A stretch of 64,000 nt of DNA. Origin: Thermodesulfobacteriota bacterium (lineage in GTDB: Bacteria; Desulfobacterota_D; UBA1144; Nemesobacterales; UBA2774). A program made the position numbers and the translations under genes. The notes beneath the pieces are model-generated. The model saw nothing but the letters and a program-made list of their open reading frames with translations. It was not told the origin of the DNA and did no database searches. This document shows positions 48,134-59,936 of the stretch, piece by piece; position 1 is the first letter of the stretch; each line of letters opens with the position of its first letter. The DNA lies in contig JAWKQD010000002.1 of NCBI GenBank assembly GCA_041390285.1, positions 131,205 to 195,204 on the forward strand, given 5' to 3'.

Positions 48134-48888
48134 TCAAGTGGCTGGCTCTTCCAGGGTAAGCTCCATGCCGTCGTAGGCGGGCGTGACGCCCTCCGGAAGC
48201 TCCGCGGAAAGCGCGTCGTAGTCTATCTCGTGGCCCATGTGGGTAAGGTACCGTCAGCCGGGGTTTCAGCTTCCCGGCCGTCTCGATAGCCTGTTCCACA
48301 TTAAAGTGCGCCGGATGTGGCCTGTACCTGAGTGCGCTTATTATCAAGAGCTCGAGGCCCGTCAGCTTCTCCATGGTCTCGTCCGGGATGCCGCTGCAGT
48401 CGGTCAGATACGCGAGCCCCCTATCCTGTACTCCGAGTATGGTCCAGTCGGCGTGAATATAGGGAGCGGCGTCACCTTCACCCCGTCCGCCTCGAAATCC
48501 TCCGACACCGTGTTAAGTATCAGCTTGCTCCTCGGCGGTAACCCCGCCGTCGAATATATAGCTGAAATTTTTCTTTATATTACCGATGGTTCTGGCGTCC
48601 CCGAAGCACGGGATCACCTTCCCGTTTACAGTTATAGACCCTGAGTTCGTCTATCCCGTGCGTGTGGTCGGCGTGCGAATGGGTGCAGAGGACAGCATCG
48701 AGATTCGTGACGTGCCTGAGCGCTGGAACCTTAGATCGGTCGAGGTATCGATGAGTATATTCCTCCCCCCCGTGTTACGATGAAAAGGGAGCATCTCGTC
48801 CTGTTATTTTTGGGATTGCCGGATGTGCAAACAGGGCACGTACATCCGACTATCGGAACGCCCGTGGAAGTGGCGCACCCGAGAATAA
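48134..48888 (-). pseudogene. MBL-fold metallo-hydrolase, several frame changes as sequenced
   Basis: MKVIILGCATSTGVPIVGCTCPVCTSGNPKNNRTRCSLFI, HxHxDH motif CTHSHADHTHGIDE (about 48650-48700), C-terminal ..ALRYRPHPAHFNVEQAIETAGKL..LTHMGHE. Confidence 0.7.
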
Positions 48889-48994
48889 TTACCTTCATTG
48901 TTATGAATTTAGCATTAAGCGACGGTTATTTCAAAAACACCCTTTAAAATGGGGGATCGTCCGGTAAAATGTTAAAGTAGTTTATAAAATACCA

Positions 48995-49023
48995 TTTACA
49001 AAAGGCCAGCAAACTAATATAAT
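48995..49023 (+). promoter_or_regulatory. Sigma-70-type promoter candidate for the amidase gene
   Basis: TTTACA (48995-49000), 17-nt spacer, TATAAT (49018-49023). The start codon follows at 49034/49037, giving a very short leader. Confidence 0.45.
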
Positions 49024-49033
49024 ATAGATTAAT

Positions 49034-50741
49034 GTGATGAAAAGAACGGCACTTTACCTCACAATCGTTGCTCTCATCGCCATGTTTTCATCATACGGAG
49101 ATGTGCACGCCCAGGACCGGGGCGAAAAGCTCTATGTTCAAACCCTCGAGCTCTACAAATCCCTGGCCGCCGACCCTTCCAAAGTCAACAACAAGGAAAT
49201 CTGGAACACAATAGCCCGCGCTTTTTACAGTATTTACAGTAACTATGGCAACAGCGAGAAGGCACCCAACTCCCTTTTTCTCTCCGGGAAGATGTACGAG
49301 GAGATGGGCGACCGCTTCAAGTCCCAGGACGACCTCAATACCGCGGTCGAATATTCACGACTTTTCGTAAAACGCTACCCTGACAGTAACCTCGCTGACG
49401 ACGCCCAGCTCAGGTTGCTAGGATAATCGAAAAGGAAAGTAAGCCCCAGGCCTATATCGAATACCAGAAGCTCATAGACGAATACCCCAACGGCGACATG
49501 GTCACGGCTGCAAAGAACAAGACCATGGATCTCGCGCCGTTTAAGCCGAAGACGCCGATCAAGACTGCCGACTCTTCGACAAGGCCAAATACGAGCCGGA
49601 AGCGGCCGGGAGCGGGCTGGTTAAGGTGAACCAGATACGGCACTGGTCTACGGAAGACTACACATGCGCCGTCATACAGCCGACAAAGAGATGCCGTTTA
49701 AGCCCATATTCCTCTAGGAAGACCTGGCTAACGGCATGCCGCCCCGCCTGTTCGTGGACATTTACGGCACGCGTCGATAAGAACTCTCTACGTCGAGCCC
49801 ATTTCGTCCGGCCTCCTTGAAGAGATAAAATTCGCCAGGAACACGAAGGACAGCGTAAGGGTCGTACTTACATAAAGAGCTTCGACGACTACAAGGTTTT
49901 CGCGCTCCAGAACCCGTTTAGGATAGTCATGGACATCAAGGGCTCCGGCAAGACGTCCGAGGATTACAACATAGCCAAGAACGAGCCGAAATATGAAACG
50001 CCCCTGCCACAGGACAAGGTATCGTCCCTGTCACAGGCCCTCGGCCTCAAGATAAGGACGGTCGTAATCGACGCCGGGCACGGCGGGCACGACCCCGGGG
50101 CCATAGGCCCGTCCGGCCTCAAGGAAAAGGACGTAAACCTCAGGATCGCGAAGGCCCTCAAGGAGAAGCTCGACAAGGAAGGCAGCAAATTCGGTATCAC
50201 GAACGTCTATCTTACTAGGAGCGACGACAGGTTCATACCCCTCGAGGAAAGGATAGCTAGCGAGGAAAAAAAGGCGCCGACCTTTTTATCTCGATTCACT
50301 GTAACGCCGCCCGGAGCAGCGATGCCTACGGCATTGAGACATTCATACTGAGCTTCACCAACGACCAGAAGTCCCTCGCCGTGGCCGCGAGGGAGAATGC
50401 GAGCTCTAATATGTCCCGTAGCCAGATGTCCAGCGTCCTCAAGCAGTATCTCCTGAGCGCCAAGATAGAAGAACTGACGTTTGGCGACGCACGTCCAAAG
50501 CTCCGTCGTCGGCAGCTGGGCCAGGTACAAACCCGTTAAGGACAAGGGCGTAAAGAAGGCGCCCTTCGTCGTCCTCATCGGGGCCGATATCCCCAGCATT
50601 CTCGTCGAGACCGCGTTCATCACGAACCCGAGGGACGAAAAGAGGCTCAAGGACGGCAATTACATCGACCAGATCGCCGACGGCATAATGGCCGGCGTAA
50701 AGCGCTTCTCCTCCGAAATGCAGACTGCATCCATTCAGTAA
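49034..50741 (+). pseudogene. N-acetylmuramoyl-L-alanine amidase (Amidase_3, AmiC-like) with N-terminal TPR-like and AMIN-like regions, many frame changes as sequenced
   Basis: ORF 49034-49426 (signal peptide plus TPR-like). AMIN-like VNQIRHWSTEDYT..., FRIVMDIKG. ORF 49929-50351 with VVIDAGHGGHDPGAIG. ..DLFISIHCNA.. in another frame. ORF 50481-50741 with PFVVLIGADIPSILVETAFITNPRDE. Confidence 0.8.
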
Positions 50742-50750
50742 TTCTTTCGT

Positions 50751-51845
50751 TTAACCCTGAAGAGATATAGAAAAGGTATTTGCGAAGGCCGCAAAGGTCC
50801 GAGAGCGCGGTTATGTCCGAGCCCGCGTCCGGCACAGGAGAGCAGTTGAACTCCCGCCTCAGACGGTCGAGCGCGTCATGCTCGGCGTCGGCGATCTCCG
50901 AGTAAAGCCCGTAATTGAATTCGAGCTTTTGCGCCAGCTCCTTACGTCTCGAAAAGCCCTTGGGGAGCTTACCTGCCGGCCGCCTTTCCTCGGGAAGAGC
51001 ACCCTGTTCACGACCACGCCCCCGACGTCGTATCCGCCCGCCCGAAGCTCCCCGCGCCACGTGGCGGCGTTCGCCATCGAGTCCTCCCTCAGGCTCGTCA
51101 CTATCACGAAAGATGCCTCGGGCGACTTTAAAAGCTCGTCCGTCTTCCGCGCCCTCGCCTTCATCCCCTCGCCCACGCCCTCGAAGCCCGAGAAGAACTC
51201 CCACATGTCGTGAAGGACGTCGATGCCGACTATCTTCTCGATGAACTTGAGCGAGACGGACGTAAAGAGCTTCGTGAACCCGAAGCTCAGCCGGTCCATC
51301 ATGACGAACGATCTGAAGCCCGATGAATCCAGAATCGCCGCGAGCCTCGACGGGGCGGAGAGGAACCCGAAAGGTGCTCCGCGGGCGGTGTGTCGAGTAT
51401 AACGAGGTCGTATCCGCCCTCCTCGAACGACGTCAGCAGCGCCTCCCCGGCCATATACTCGTGCACCCCGGCCAACGACGAGGCGACGCTCCTGTAATAG
51501 TTGTTCGAGAGAATGGTCCGGGCCGCGTCTTCCGAGGGAGCGGTTTTCATCACGAGGGCGTCGAACGTCGCCCGCGAGTCGAGTAGCCTAACATCGAGCT
51601 CCGCCTTCGGGGTGAATCCGCCTCATGCATCCGCCTTTCCGTAACACGGCCGAGCTCGGCGTCCGGGCGCACGCCGAGCGCCTGCGCCAGCCTCCGCGAT
51701 GGGTCCATCGTAAGCGCGAGCGTCTGCCTGCGCGCGACGCCGCTTCCAGCGCCAAAAGCGACGATATCGTCGTTTTCCTGACGCCTCCCGGGCCTATCGA
51801 GACGATAACCTTCTTATCGGCTAGGAGACGCGCGAGGTCCGTCAT
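50751..51845 (-). pseudogene. ArsA/GET3-family ATPase (second of a tandem pair), several frame changes as sequenced; the 3' end is uncertain
   Basis: MTDLARLLADKKVIVSIGPGGV.KTT (P-loop), YDLVILDTPP, ..ASFVIVTSLREDSMANAATWRGELRAGGYDVGGVVVNRVLP. Confidence 0.6.
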
Positions 51846-52744
51846 TCTCGCCCTGCCTGATTCTCGATTTCTACAGAGCGCCCGCAGGTCTTCGAGCGAC
51901 AGGTCTTTTGAACAGGCGAGGCCAATGACCGCCCCCGGAAGGCTCCGGCGGAGCGTCCTCCGGTATTTCGCCGCGGCCCGCGCGCGCGATATAGTGAGAT
52001 GCGCAAGCCTCATTACATCGCCATCCGCACCTTGGCGGCGGCGAGGACCTCTTCTCCTCGGCCGGAGTGAACGGGCTTTTTGACGGAGTAGTGGAGGACA
52101 GCCGATGACATTTATCCCGACCTCGCGGACGGAACTCACGAGATCGAGCGTCTCCCCGGCCGCCATGTCCTCTGGGCGCCGAGACGGCGAGGACCGCCGT
52201 CTTCCCGGGGTCCTTCAGGAACCCTCCACCCATTCGATGTGGCTCCGGAATGCACCTCCCCTCACCATGTCGAGGGACACGCGACGGCAGGTCCAGTATC
52301 GGCACAGCGTGGCCCGTCGATGGGGCGTCGAACATGACCTGGTCAGATTCCCCGGCCTGTTGCCGAGGTGCCAGACCTTGCCGATTGTTATGAGCTCTTT
52401 CAGCCCCGGGCAGCCTCGAAGAACCCGCTCACCGCCTTCGATTTGAGCACCGCTGCGTAGAGCGGATAGAGCCTCACGAAACGCCTTAACGTATTCGTCG
52501 AGCGCGGCCTGGGTCGATGTAATGCGCGAAGATGCCTCGTCGATCTCGGTTTCTCCGCTACGCCGACACCTCCCTGAAACCGAAAACTGGGAGCCGGGCC
52601 TTACCCTCCTTCAGCGTGACGTACACGGCCTCCGCCCGAGGCGGGCGTTAATATATGCGAGCGCAAGTGAACCGTCGTCTTCCCCACGCCGCCCTTCCCC
52701 GTTATCACGATGAGCTTTTTTCCGAGAATGTCGTCGAGTGTCAT
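51842..52744 (-). pseudogene. ArsA/GET3-family ATPase (first of a tandem pair), several frame changes as sequenced
   Basis: MTLDDILGKKLIVITGKGGVGKTT (P-loop), FDAPSTGHAVPILDLP in ORF 51871-52335. Predicted stop overlaps the next start (ATGA). Confidence 0.6.
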
Positions 52745-52953
52745 GGTTCTTCAGCGTCCGGCCGACGGCGGCGGGGATTTCCGCGGAGGAACCGGATGGC
52801 GGTTACCGGGTTATTGTACCATCCCGCGCCTCGCTCGCCTCCGTGGGCCCCCATATTGGCAGTCCGTTAGCCGGGCGGAAATCATTTTTCATCCATGTTA
52901 TTATCATATTCCGAATGGGAAGAACTATAGAGAAAGATACTCCAAACGGGAAA

Positions 52954-54673
52954 ATGAGCAAGAACAGAGAGATAGCTAAAATATTCGAAAACATGGCCGA
53001 CATGCTGAGCATTGCCGACGAGAACCCCTTCAGATACGTGTTAGGCAAAAAAGCGCCGTGAAGAGTTTTGAGTTGAGGGAGCCTGTCGAGGACGCGGCTG
53101 CATCGCGGCGAGCTGACGCAGATACCCGGCGTCGGAAGGGAGCTCGCCGACAAGATCAAGGAATACGTCGAGACGGGGAGCATGAAGGATACGAAAAACT
53201 CCAGGAGAAGATACCGCTCGATACGGTTGACCTCTTGAGGATTCCCGGCCTCGGCCCGAAGACCCTCTCCCTCCTCTTCACGGAGCTCGGCGTAAGGAAC
53301 GCCGGCGACCTCGAAAAGGCGCTCGACGGGCCCGAGATTCTTCAGTTCAAGGGCATGGGCCGGAAGAAGATCGAAGACATACGGAGGGGGATTGCGCTCC
53401 TTCGCGAAAGTAAGGAGAGGTCGCGCCTCGGCGTCGTGCTCCCGCTCGGCGAAAGCCTCGTCGAGGCGGTTTCGAGTATCCCCCGGACGGAGGGCACGAT
53501 ACTCGCGGGCTCTCTCAGGAGGATGCGCGAGACAGTAAAGGACATAGACGTCCTCACGATATCGGACAACCCGCCCGAGGTGGTCGAGGCGTTTACGTCC
53601 CTCCGCCCCGAAAAGGACGTCCTCGCGTCCGGCGGCACGAAAGGCAGCGTAATACTTCAGCAAGGCATCCAGGCAGACCTCCGGGTAGTAGGACCCGAGT
53701 CGTACGGAGCCGCCCTCCTCTATTTCACCGGCTCCAAGGCCCACAACGTCCGGCTCCGCGGGCTCGCCCAGAAAAAGGGCCTCAAGATAAACGAGTACGG
53801 CATATTCAGGGGCGACGAGATCATAGCCGGCGAAACCGAAAAAGAGATTTACGAGACACTCGGACTTCCATTCATCCCGCCGGAGCTACGCGAAGACAGG
53901 GGCGAGATAGAGGCCGCCATGGAAGGCAGGCTCCCCGACCTCATCGAGCTCGCCGACATAAGGGGCGACCTCCACACGCACACCATGTGGAGCGACGGCA
54001 AGGCCACCATCGCCCAAATGGCCGACGCTGCCGAGGAGCTCGGATACGAGTACATCGCCATAACGGACCACTCCCCGTCTCAGACGATAGCGAAAGGGCT
54101 ATCGATCGAAAGGCTCGCCGAGAAAAGGATAGAGCTCGACGCCGAGGCGAAGAAGCGAAAGAAAATCCACGTCCTCATGGGGACCGAAGTCGATATCAAG
54201 ATGGACGGGACGCTCGACTATCCCGACGAGATATTGAAGAGCCTCGACGTCGTCGTGGCCTCCGTTCACAGCGGCTTTAAGATGGACCGCGATACGATGA
54301 CCAACCGAATCATCAGCGCCATCAAAAATCCCTACGTCCACGCCATAGGCCACCCGACCGGAAGGCTCATAAACGAACGGGAGCCATACGACGTGGACAT
54401 AGACCTCGTCATCGAGGCGGCCGCCGAGTACGGGAAGGCGCTCGAAGTGAACGGCTCCTATCCCAGGCTCGACTTGAACGACCTTCACGTAAGAAAGGCC
54501 GTGGACGCCGGGGTGAAAATAATCATTTCGACCGACGCCCACTCGACGGCGCAGCTCCTCTTCATGCGCTACGGCGTCGGGACGGCGCGGCGCGGATGGG
54601 TGCAGAAAAAGACGTTCTTAACGCACTCCCGTTCGGCGAGCTCCACGAGTGGCTGAAATCGGTGAGAGGGTGA
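52954..54673 (+). pseudogene. polX: Family X DNA polymerase with C-terminal PHP domain (PolX), at least 3 frame changes as sequenced
   Basis: MSKNREIAKIFENMADMLSIADENPFR, HhH LLRIPGLGPKT, GSLRRMRETVKDIDVL (Pol-beta nucleotidyltransferase), PHP motifs GDLHTHTMWSDG, ITDHS, GTEVDI, GHPTGR. The end ..LPFGELHEWLKSVRG is in another frame. Confidence 0.85.
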
Positions 54674-54767
54674 AATGAAAAAGACAAAATCTCACCCCGT
54701 CCCGCCTACATCTAATAAAAGCAGGTCTTGGGAATCCACGAATGAAAACCGGTAAACCGGAGCCTCG

Positions 54768-56823
54768 ATGAACACGAAACTGACAGAAAAAGAAGCGGCC
54801 GAGCAGATAGAGAGGCTTTCGAGGGAAATCGACAAGCACAACTATCTTTACTACGTCAAAAACAATCCGGAGATTTCCGACTCCGAGTTCGACGCGATGC
54901 TGAACGAGCTCAAGGAGCTCGAAGCGCGATACCCCGAGCTCGTCAGGCCCGACTCCCCGACGCAGCGTGTGGGAGGATGGGTGGCGGAGGGCTTCACTTC
55001 CGTGAGCCACATCATCCCCATGATGAGCATCGACAACGTATCGACGGCCGAGGGAGCCTACGATTTCGACAAGCGGGTGAAGAAGCTCCTCGAACGGGAT
55101 GACGTTGAGTACGTCGCAGAGCCCAAATTCGACGGCGTATCGGCCTCGCTGACGTACCGGGACGGGATACTCACGCGCGGTGCGACTCGCGGGAACGGGC
55201 TCACGGGCGAGGACGTCACGGCGAACCTCAAGACCATCAACACGATCCCGCTCAGGCTCGGCGGCGACGGAAAAAGACCGGAGCTTATCGAAATAAGGGG
55301 CGAGGTGCTCTACCCCATCGAGGCCTTCAGGAAGCTCAACAAAGAGCTCGCCGACGCCGGGGAGCCCCTCTTCGCCAACCCGCGAAACGCCGCCTCTGGG
55401 GCGATAAGGCAGCTCGACTCGTCCATTACCGCGTCGAGGCCGCTCACCTTCTACTGCTGGGGCGTGGGCGAGGTCAGGGGCGTCGAGATCGATACGGAAT
55501 GGGACCTGGTCCGTAGGCTCGGCGAGTGGGGGTTCAAGGTAGACGAGCACATGCGCATCTGCAAGGACATGGACGAGGCCCTCGATTATCAGAAAGAGCT
55601 CGAACAGATAAGGGACTCCCTCCCCTACGAGGCCGACGGCATCGTCGTCAAGGTAAACCGGAGGGACTACCAGAAAGAGCTCGGCGCGACGGCCAAGCAT
55701 CCGAGGTGGAACATCGCCTACAAGTTCAAGCCGAGGCAGGGAACGACGGTCGTAAACGACATCACCGTCCAGGTCGGCCGCGTCGGCCTGCTGACTCCCG
55801 TTGCCGAGCTTGAGCCCGTCGGCATAGGCGGCATCACGGTCAAGCGCGCCTCCCTCCACACGGACGACATAATCAAGGCCAAGGACATCAGGATAGGCGA
55901 CACCGTACTCGTCGAGCGCGCCGGCGACGTCATACCCGACATCGTAATGCCGATCATCGAGAAGCGTACTGGCAAGGAGAAGGAATTCGTCATGCCCTCC
56001 GAGTGCCCCGTCTGCGGGACGCCGGTCGAAAGGGAGGGCGCTTACTTCTACTGCCCGAACCTCTCCTGCCCCGCCCAGCTCAAGGGACGTATACGTCACA
56101 TGGCCGGCCGCCGCGCGTTCGACATCGAAGGGCTCGGCGAAAAGATCGTCGAGCAGCTCCTCACCGAGGGGCTGATTAAAGACCCGGCTGGCGTGTTCTA
56201 CCTGAAGAAGGACGAGCTGACCCCGCTCGAAAGGTTCGCCGAGAAATCCGCCGCGAACCTCATAGCCCAGATAGAGAAGAGCAAAAGGTCCCTTCGACAG
56301 GTTCATTAACGCGCTCAGCATCCCCCACGTCGGCGAGCGCGTGGCGCAGATACTGGCCGAGAATTTTTCGAGCGTTGACGCCCTCATGAACGCCGCGCCC
56401 GAGGAGCTACGGAGATTCACACCTATAGGCATGGAAATAGCCGAAAGCATAGTCCACTTCTTCCGGTACGAGCAGCATCGTGAGCTCATTCGAAAAATGC
56501 TCACAGCCGGTGTCGAGATAAAGTACGAAACGAAAGCACCTGTCAGCGACAAGCTGAAAGGAATGGTATTCGTATTCACGGGCGGACTCGATACGATGAC
56601 GAGGGACGAGGCTGAAAAGCTCGTGGCCCTTAACGGCGGGCGCACCACCTCATCCGTCACGAAGAAGACGAACTACGTCGTCGCCGGGAAAGACCCGGGT
56701 TCCAAGCTCGAAAAGGCCGAGTCCCTGGGGATAGAAATTTTGAGTGAGGAAGATTTCAAAGATGGTCGGCGAGTCCTGAAGCCAGTCGCCGAAAAAGTCA
56801 GGCCCGCCCTCTCTGCCTCATAA
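54768..56823 (+). pseudogene. ligA: NAD-dependent DNA ligase LigA, one frame change near 56285 as sequenced
   Basis: ORF 54768-56309 has the adenylation motif EPKFDGVS, OB fold and Zn finger CPVCGTPVEREGAYFYCPNLSCPAQ. ORF 56341-56823 has the HhH region and BRCT (VFVFTGGL..TRDEAEKLV..GGR..SVTKKTNYVVAG). Confidence 0.9.
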
Positions 56824-57534
56824 TCTCGTAGATGAGCACCCCCGCCGAAACTGAGGCGTTGAGTGATGTGACGGTCCCCGACTGCGGTATCGACACGAGG
56901 AAGTCGCACTTCTCTCTGACCTTGGCCGAAATCCCCTTCCCTTCGTTCCCTATGACGAGCCCTAGGTCCACCTTCGACAGGTCCTCCTCGTAAACCGCCT
57001 TCGGCGCTTTCGCGTCGGCCCCCGCTATCCAGACGCCCTCACGCTTGAGCTCCTCTATCACGTTCGAGATGTTCGTCACTCGCGCCACTGGCACGTGGTT
57101 CACGGCCCCCGCGGAAGCCTTGATAACCGCCGGGGTAACGGACGCGGCCCTGTCCTTCGGTATCACGACGCCGTGCGCGCCGAGTACGTCCACGGTCCTT
57201 ATGATAGCTCCGAGATTTTGAGGGTCTTCCAGATGGTCGAGTATGACGACGAGCAGCTTTTCGAGCTTCGAGCGCGACGCCTCGATAATGTCGCCGACGG
57301 AAGAGTACTCCCACCCGGCACCCGCGCCGCGACGCCCTGGTGCGACGCCGTTCCCGTAAGCCGCGTAACAGCGTCCTTGGGCAGGAGCTGAACCCGAACT
57401 CCCCTCTTCTTTGCGAGGGCGAATATCTCCGGGTCCCCGTCCTTCTTGGAATCCTTTGCGACTATGATCTCGTCGATCCGCGATCGCGGGTCCGCGAGCA
57501 GCTCCTTTACAGGATTCTTACCGTAGATTATCAA
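56798..57534 (-). pseudogene. rlmB: SpoU/TrmH-family 23S rRNA 2'-O-methyltransferase (RlmB-like), two frame changes as sequenced
   Basis: N-terminal substrate-binding domain IIYGKNPVKELL..HQGVAA (ORF 57199-57534). ..LVVILDHLEDPQNLGAIIRT.. in an intermediate frame. ORF 56798-57193 has LVIGNEGKGIS and IPQSGTVTSLNASVSAGVLIYE. Confidence 0.8.
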
Positions 57535-57548
57535 TCGGGATCACCGCG

Positions 57549-58897
57549 TCAGTTCTGCGCGGCGCCGCTTTTGCCTTCGCCGAACTCTTCCTTGGCCTGC
57601 CGGATTTTAAGAAGGATGTTGTCGTTGAGCCACTTCGGGTCCCACCACTCTATCGGCCTTACCGCCACGCCGCCTACGTATACGCCGTAGTGGAGATGGT
57701 CTCCTGCCGCGAGCCCCGTCTGCCCCGTCTTGCCGATGATCTGATTCTTCTTGACCTCGTCGCCGACGTTGACGTCTATAGAGCTCATGTGGCCGTATAG
57801 GGTCGAGACACCCATACCGTGGTCTATGATTACGGTATTGCCGTAAATCCCGAGCGGACCGGAATAGACCACGATGCCGTTATTCGCCGCCTCTATCGGG
57901 TAGCGCTTCGTAACGGCAAGGTCGTATCCGAGGTGATACTGCTTGTCTATCGGCTCACCGTTATAGACATACGTTCTTTCGTCGGCAAAGTTGGCTTCTA
58001 CCTTCGAATTCGAGAGCTGGTGAAAAGCGCCCTCCACAGTATCGCGCTGTCCGACTTCGTCGTGGCGTTGCGGATAGTCGCGTCATTCTCCTTTCTGAGC
58101 TTACTGTTCACGCTGAGGAAGGCGGTTTTGGCATCCGCATTGGCGGAGTCGCCCGCGAGCGGGGTTATAACGTTTGTTATAAAATTGTCGCTTATGTTTA
58201 TGTTGCTCTTCCTGTAGGGAATGGTCTTGAGCCTGTAGGGCACCGATGCCGTCTTCTGGTTCCCCGCAGCATCTTCCGCCACGAGCGTTATCGTCTCGCC
58301 CGCCGGCACATTATAGGGATAGGCGAAGAACGCGAAATACACGTTATCTTCGAGGAAATCGCTCTTGTAGCCGGGGAAGAAATACTCCCCTACCTGAACG
58401 CCGCTTTTTACCGCGTCTGGTGAGGTCTTGTAAATTACAAGGTGCGACCCGCCGTGGTTGATGTTGTGATCCGTCGATATGAGATTGGCCGCCGGGGGCT
58501 CGAGATCGACGCTTACCTTCTTTTTGATCTCCGTCTTGTTCCCCGAGAAGAATTTCAGCTTCGAGCCGTCTTTCACCGTCACCTTAAGCTCGGCCGGGCC
58601 TTCCTTAATGCCGAGTTTTGCCGGGTCGGCCGTGACGGTTACCCTGTCTGCCATGACGCCGTCGGGGTAGGTCTTCTCTAAAAGCGTCGTCTCGCCGCTT
58701 TCGTTCGAGAGCTTGACCGTAATGCTCTTAAGCCCCTTTCCCTTGTCGCTCATCTCAATGTCGAACGGCTTGGTGCCGAGGTAATCCGCGCCGAGCTTTA
58801 GATTCACCTCGGGCGAGTGCCATTCTATATTCGGATAGATGTATATGAAGCCGCCTACAATCAGCGCCAGAATAAGAAGCGTAAAAATTTTACCCAT
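57549..58897 (-). pseudogene. M23 family peptidoglycan metalloendopeptidase, one frame change near 58020 as sequenced
   Basis: N-terminal TM and beta-rich region in ORF 57998-58897. Catalytic LytM domain in ORF 57549-58037 (HLGYDLA, GNTVIIDHG, GKTGQTGLAAGDHLHYGVYV). Confidence 0.85.
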
Positions 58898-58949
58898 GTG
58901 TTATAACCTCATGTTCTCTTGGAATTATTATTAACGATATACCGCGCGG

Positions 58950-59234
58950 TCAAAAGCGTTTTTTTATCACGCCGGGATACTCGGGAAAGTATCGCTCGAT
59001 TACCGAAAGATCGAAGCTCCCAAATATCGATTCTTTTGGCTCGTTTTCCAGCAGGAACTCGAAGGACTTTTTTACGAGCTCGTCCGGGGGTGTTCGCCCT
59101 TCCGAGAGCCTTTCGTAATATTCCTTTCCGAGCCTCACCTTATGCGACGTCTGCGAGCCGCCCTCTCTGACCACGACTTCGTATTCGAAGCCCCCTCCGC
59201 CTGATGTTGTCTCCGTAACTGTTATCCCGGCCAC
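58950..59234 (-). CDS. Small conserved-looking hypothetical protein (94 aa)
   Basis: Intact ORF with coding-like composition: ..FEYEVVVREGGSQTSHKVRLGKEYYERL..PDELVKKSFEFLLENEPKESIFGSFDLSVIERYFPEY. No function recognised. Confidence 0.5.
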   Translation of the reverse strand: MAGITVTETTSGGGGFEYEVVVREGGSQTSHKVRLGKEYYERLSEGRTPPDELVKKSFEFLLENEPKESIFGSFDLSVIERYFPEYPGVIKKRF

Positions 59235-59322
59235 CTGAACCGCCTTTTGCTTGTCAAAGTGAAATATTATAACCTAGTCTCCGAAAGGCATAAAACGCAG
59301 CCGACGGACAAGGGTTTTTGTA

Positions 59323-59928
59323 ATGGATATCGCGAGCTTCGACGAGAGCGCGCACGATATAGACAGGGTGGCCGGACTTATACTCTCGGCCGACGAGGGG
59401 AACATGGCCCGGGGCTCGCCCCGCGGCTCGCTCAGGGTGATAAAGAACCTGATACGCGCCGGGAATAATTTTCTCGGCCGCGAGCATATAAGCCTCGCGC
59501 TCGACGAAGGGAAGATCGCGGGTCTCGTCATAGGATACACCGGCAGGGGGCACGACGAGCTGGGGACTCTTTTGAGGCTCCTCCTTTCGCTCAGGCTGGG
59601 CGAGCTCGCGAGCTACTTTACGGTCGTCTCGAAGATGCTGCACGGGGAATACACCCCCGACATCGCGCCCGACGAATATTACATTAGCCTTATAGTCGTA
59701 GACGAAAACATGCGCGGAAAGGGCGTCGGGTCGTTTCTCCTCGGAAGCGCTATAGAGAAAGCAAAGGCCGAGGGATGCAGGGCTATACTGCTCGACGTGG
59801 ATAGGGAGAACAGCGCCGCCCGCGAGCTATATGGGAAATTCGGGTTCGAGCCTTCCGCCCGGACAACTTTCCCAGGCCCCTACCCCGGCCCGCCTAGGAC
59901 TGTAACACTCGAGCTTAGGCTCACTTGA
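59323..59928 (+). CDS. GNAT family N-acetyltransferase
   Basis: 201 aa. Acetyl-CoA binding motif VVDENMRGKGVGSFLL..A, then LLDVDRENSAARELYGKFGFE. Confidence 0.8.
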   Translation: MDIASFDESAHDIDRVAGLILSADEGNMARGSPRGSLRVIKNLIRAGNNFLGREHISLALDEGKIAGLVIGYTGRGHDELGTLLRLLLSLRLGELASYFTVVSKMLHGEYTPDIAPDEYYISLIVVDENMRGKGVGSFLLGSAIEKAKAEGCRAILLDVDRENSAARELYGKFGFEPSARTTFPGPYPGPPRTVTLELRLT

Positions 59929-59936
59929 GCGATAAT

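Noticed and set aside
54618-56660. 680-aa minus-strand ORF
   Set aside because: It is antisense to ligA and the PolX 3' end, both of which carry complete family motifs. The product is low-complexity (Arg/Gly/Val/Leu) and has no RBS.
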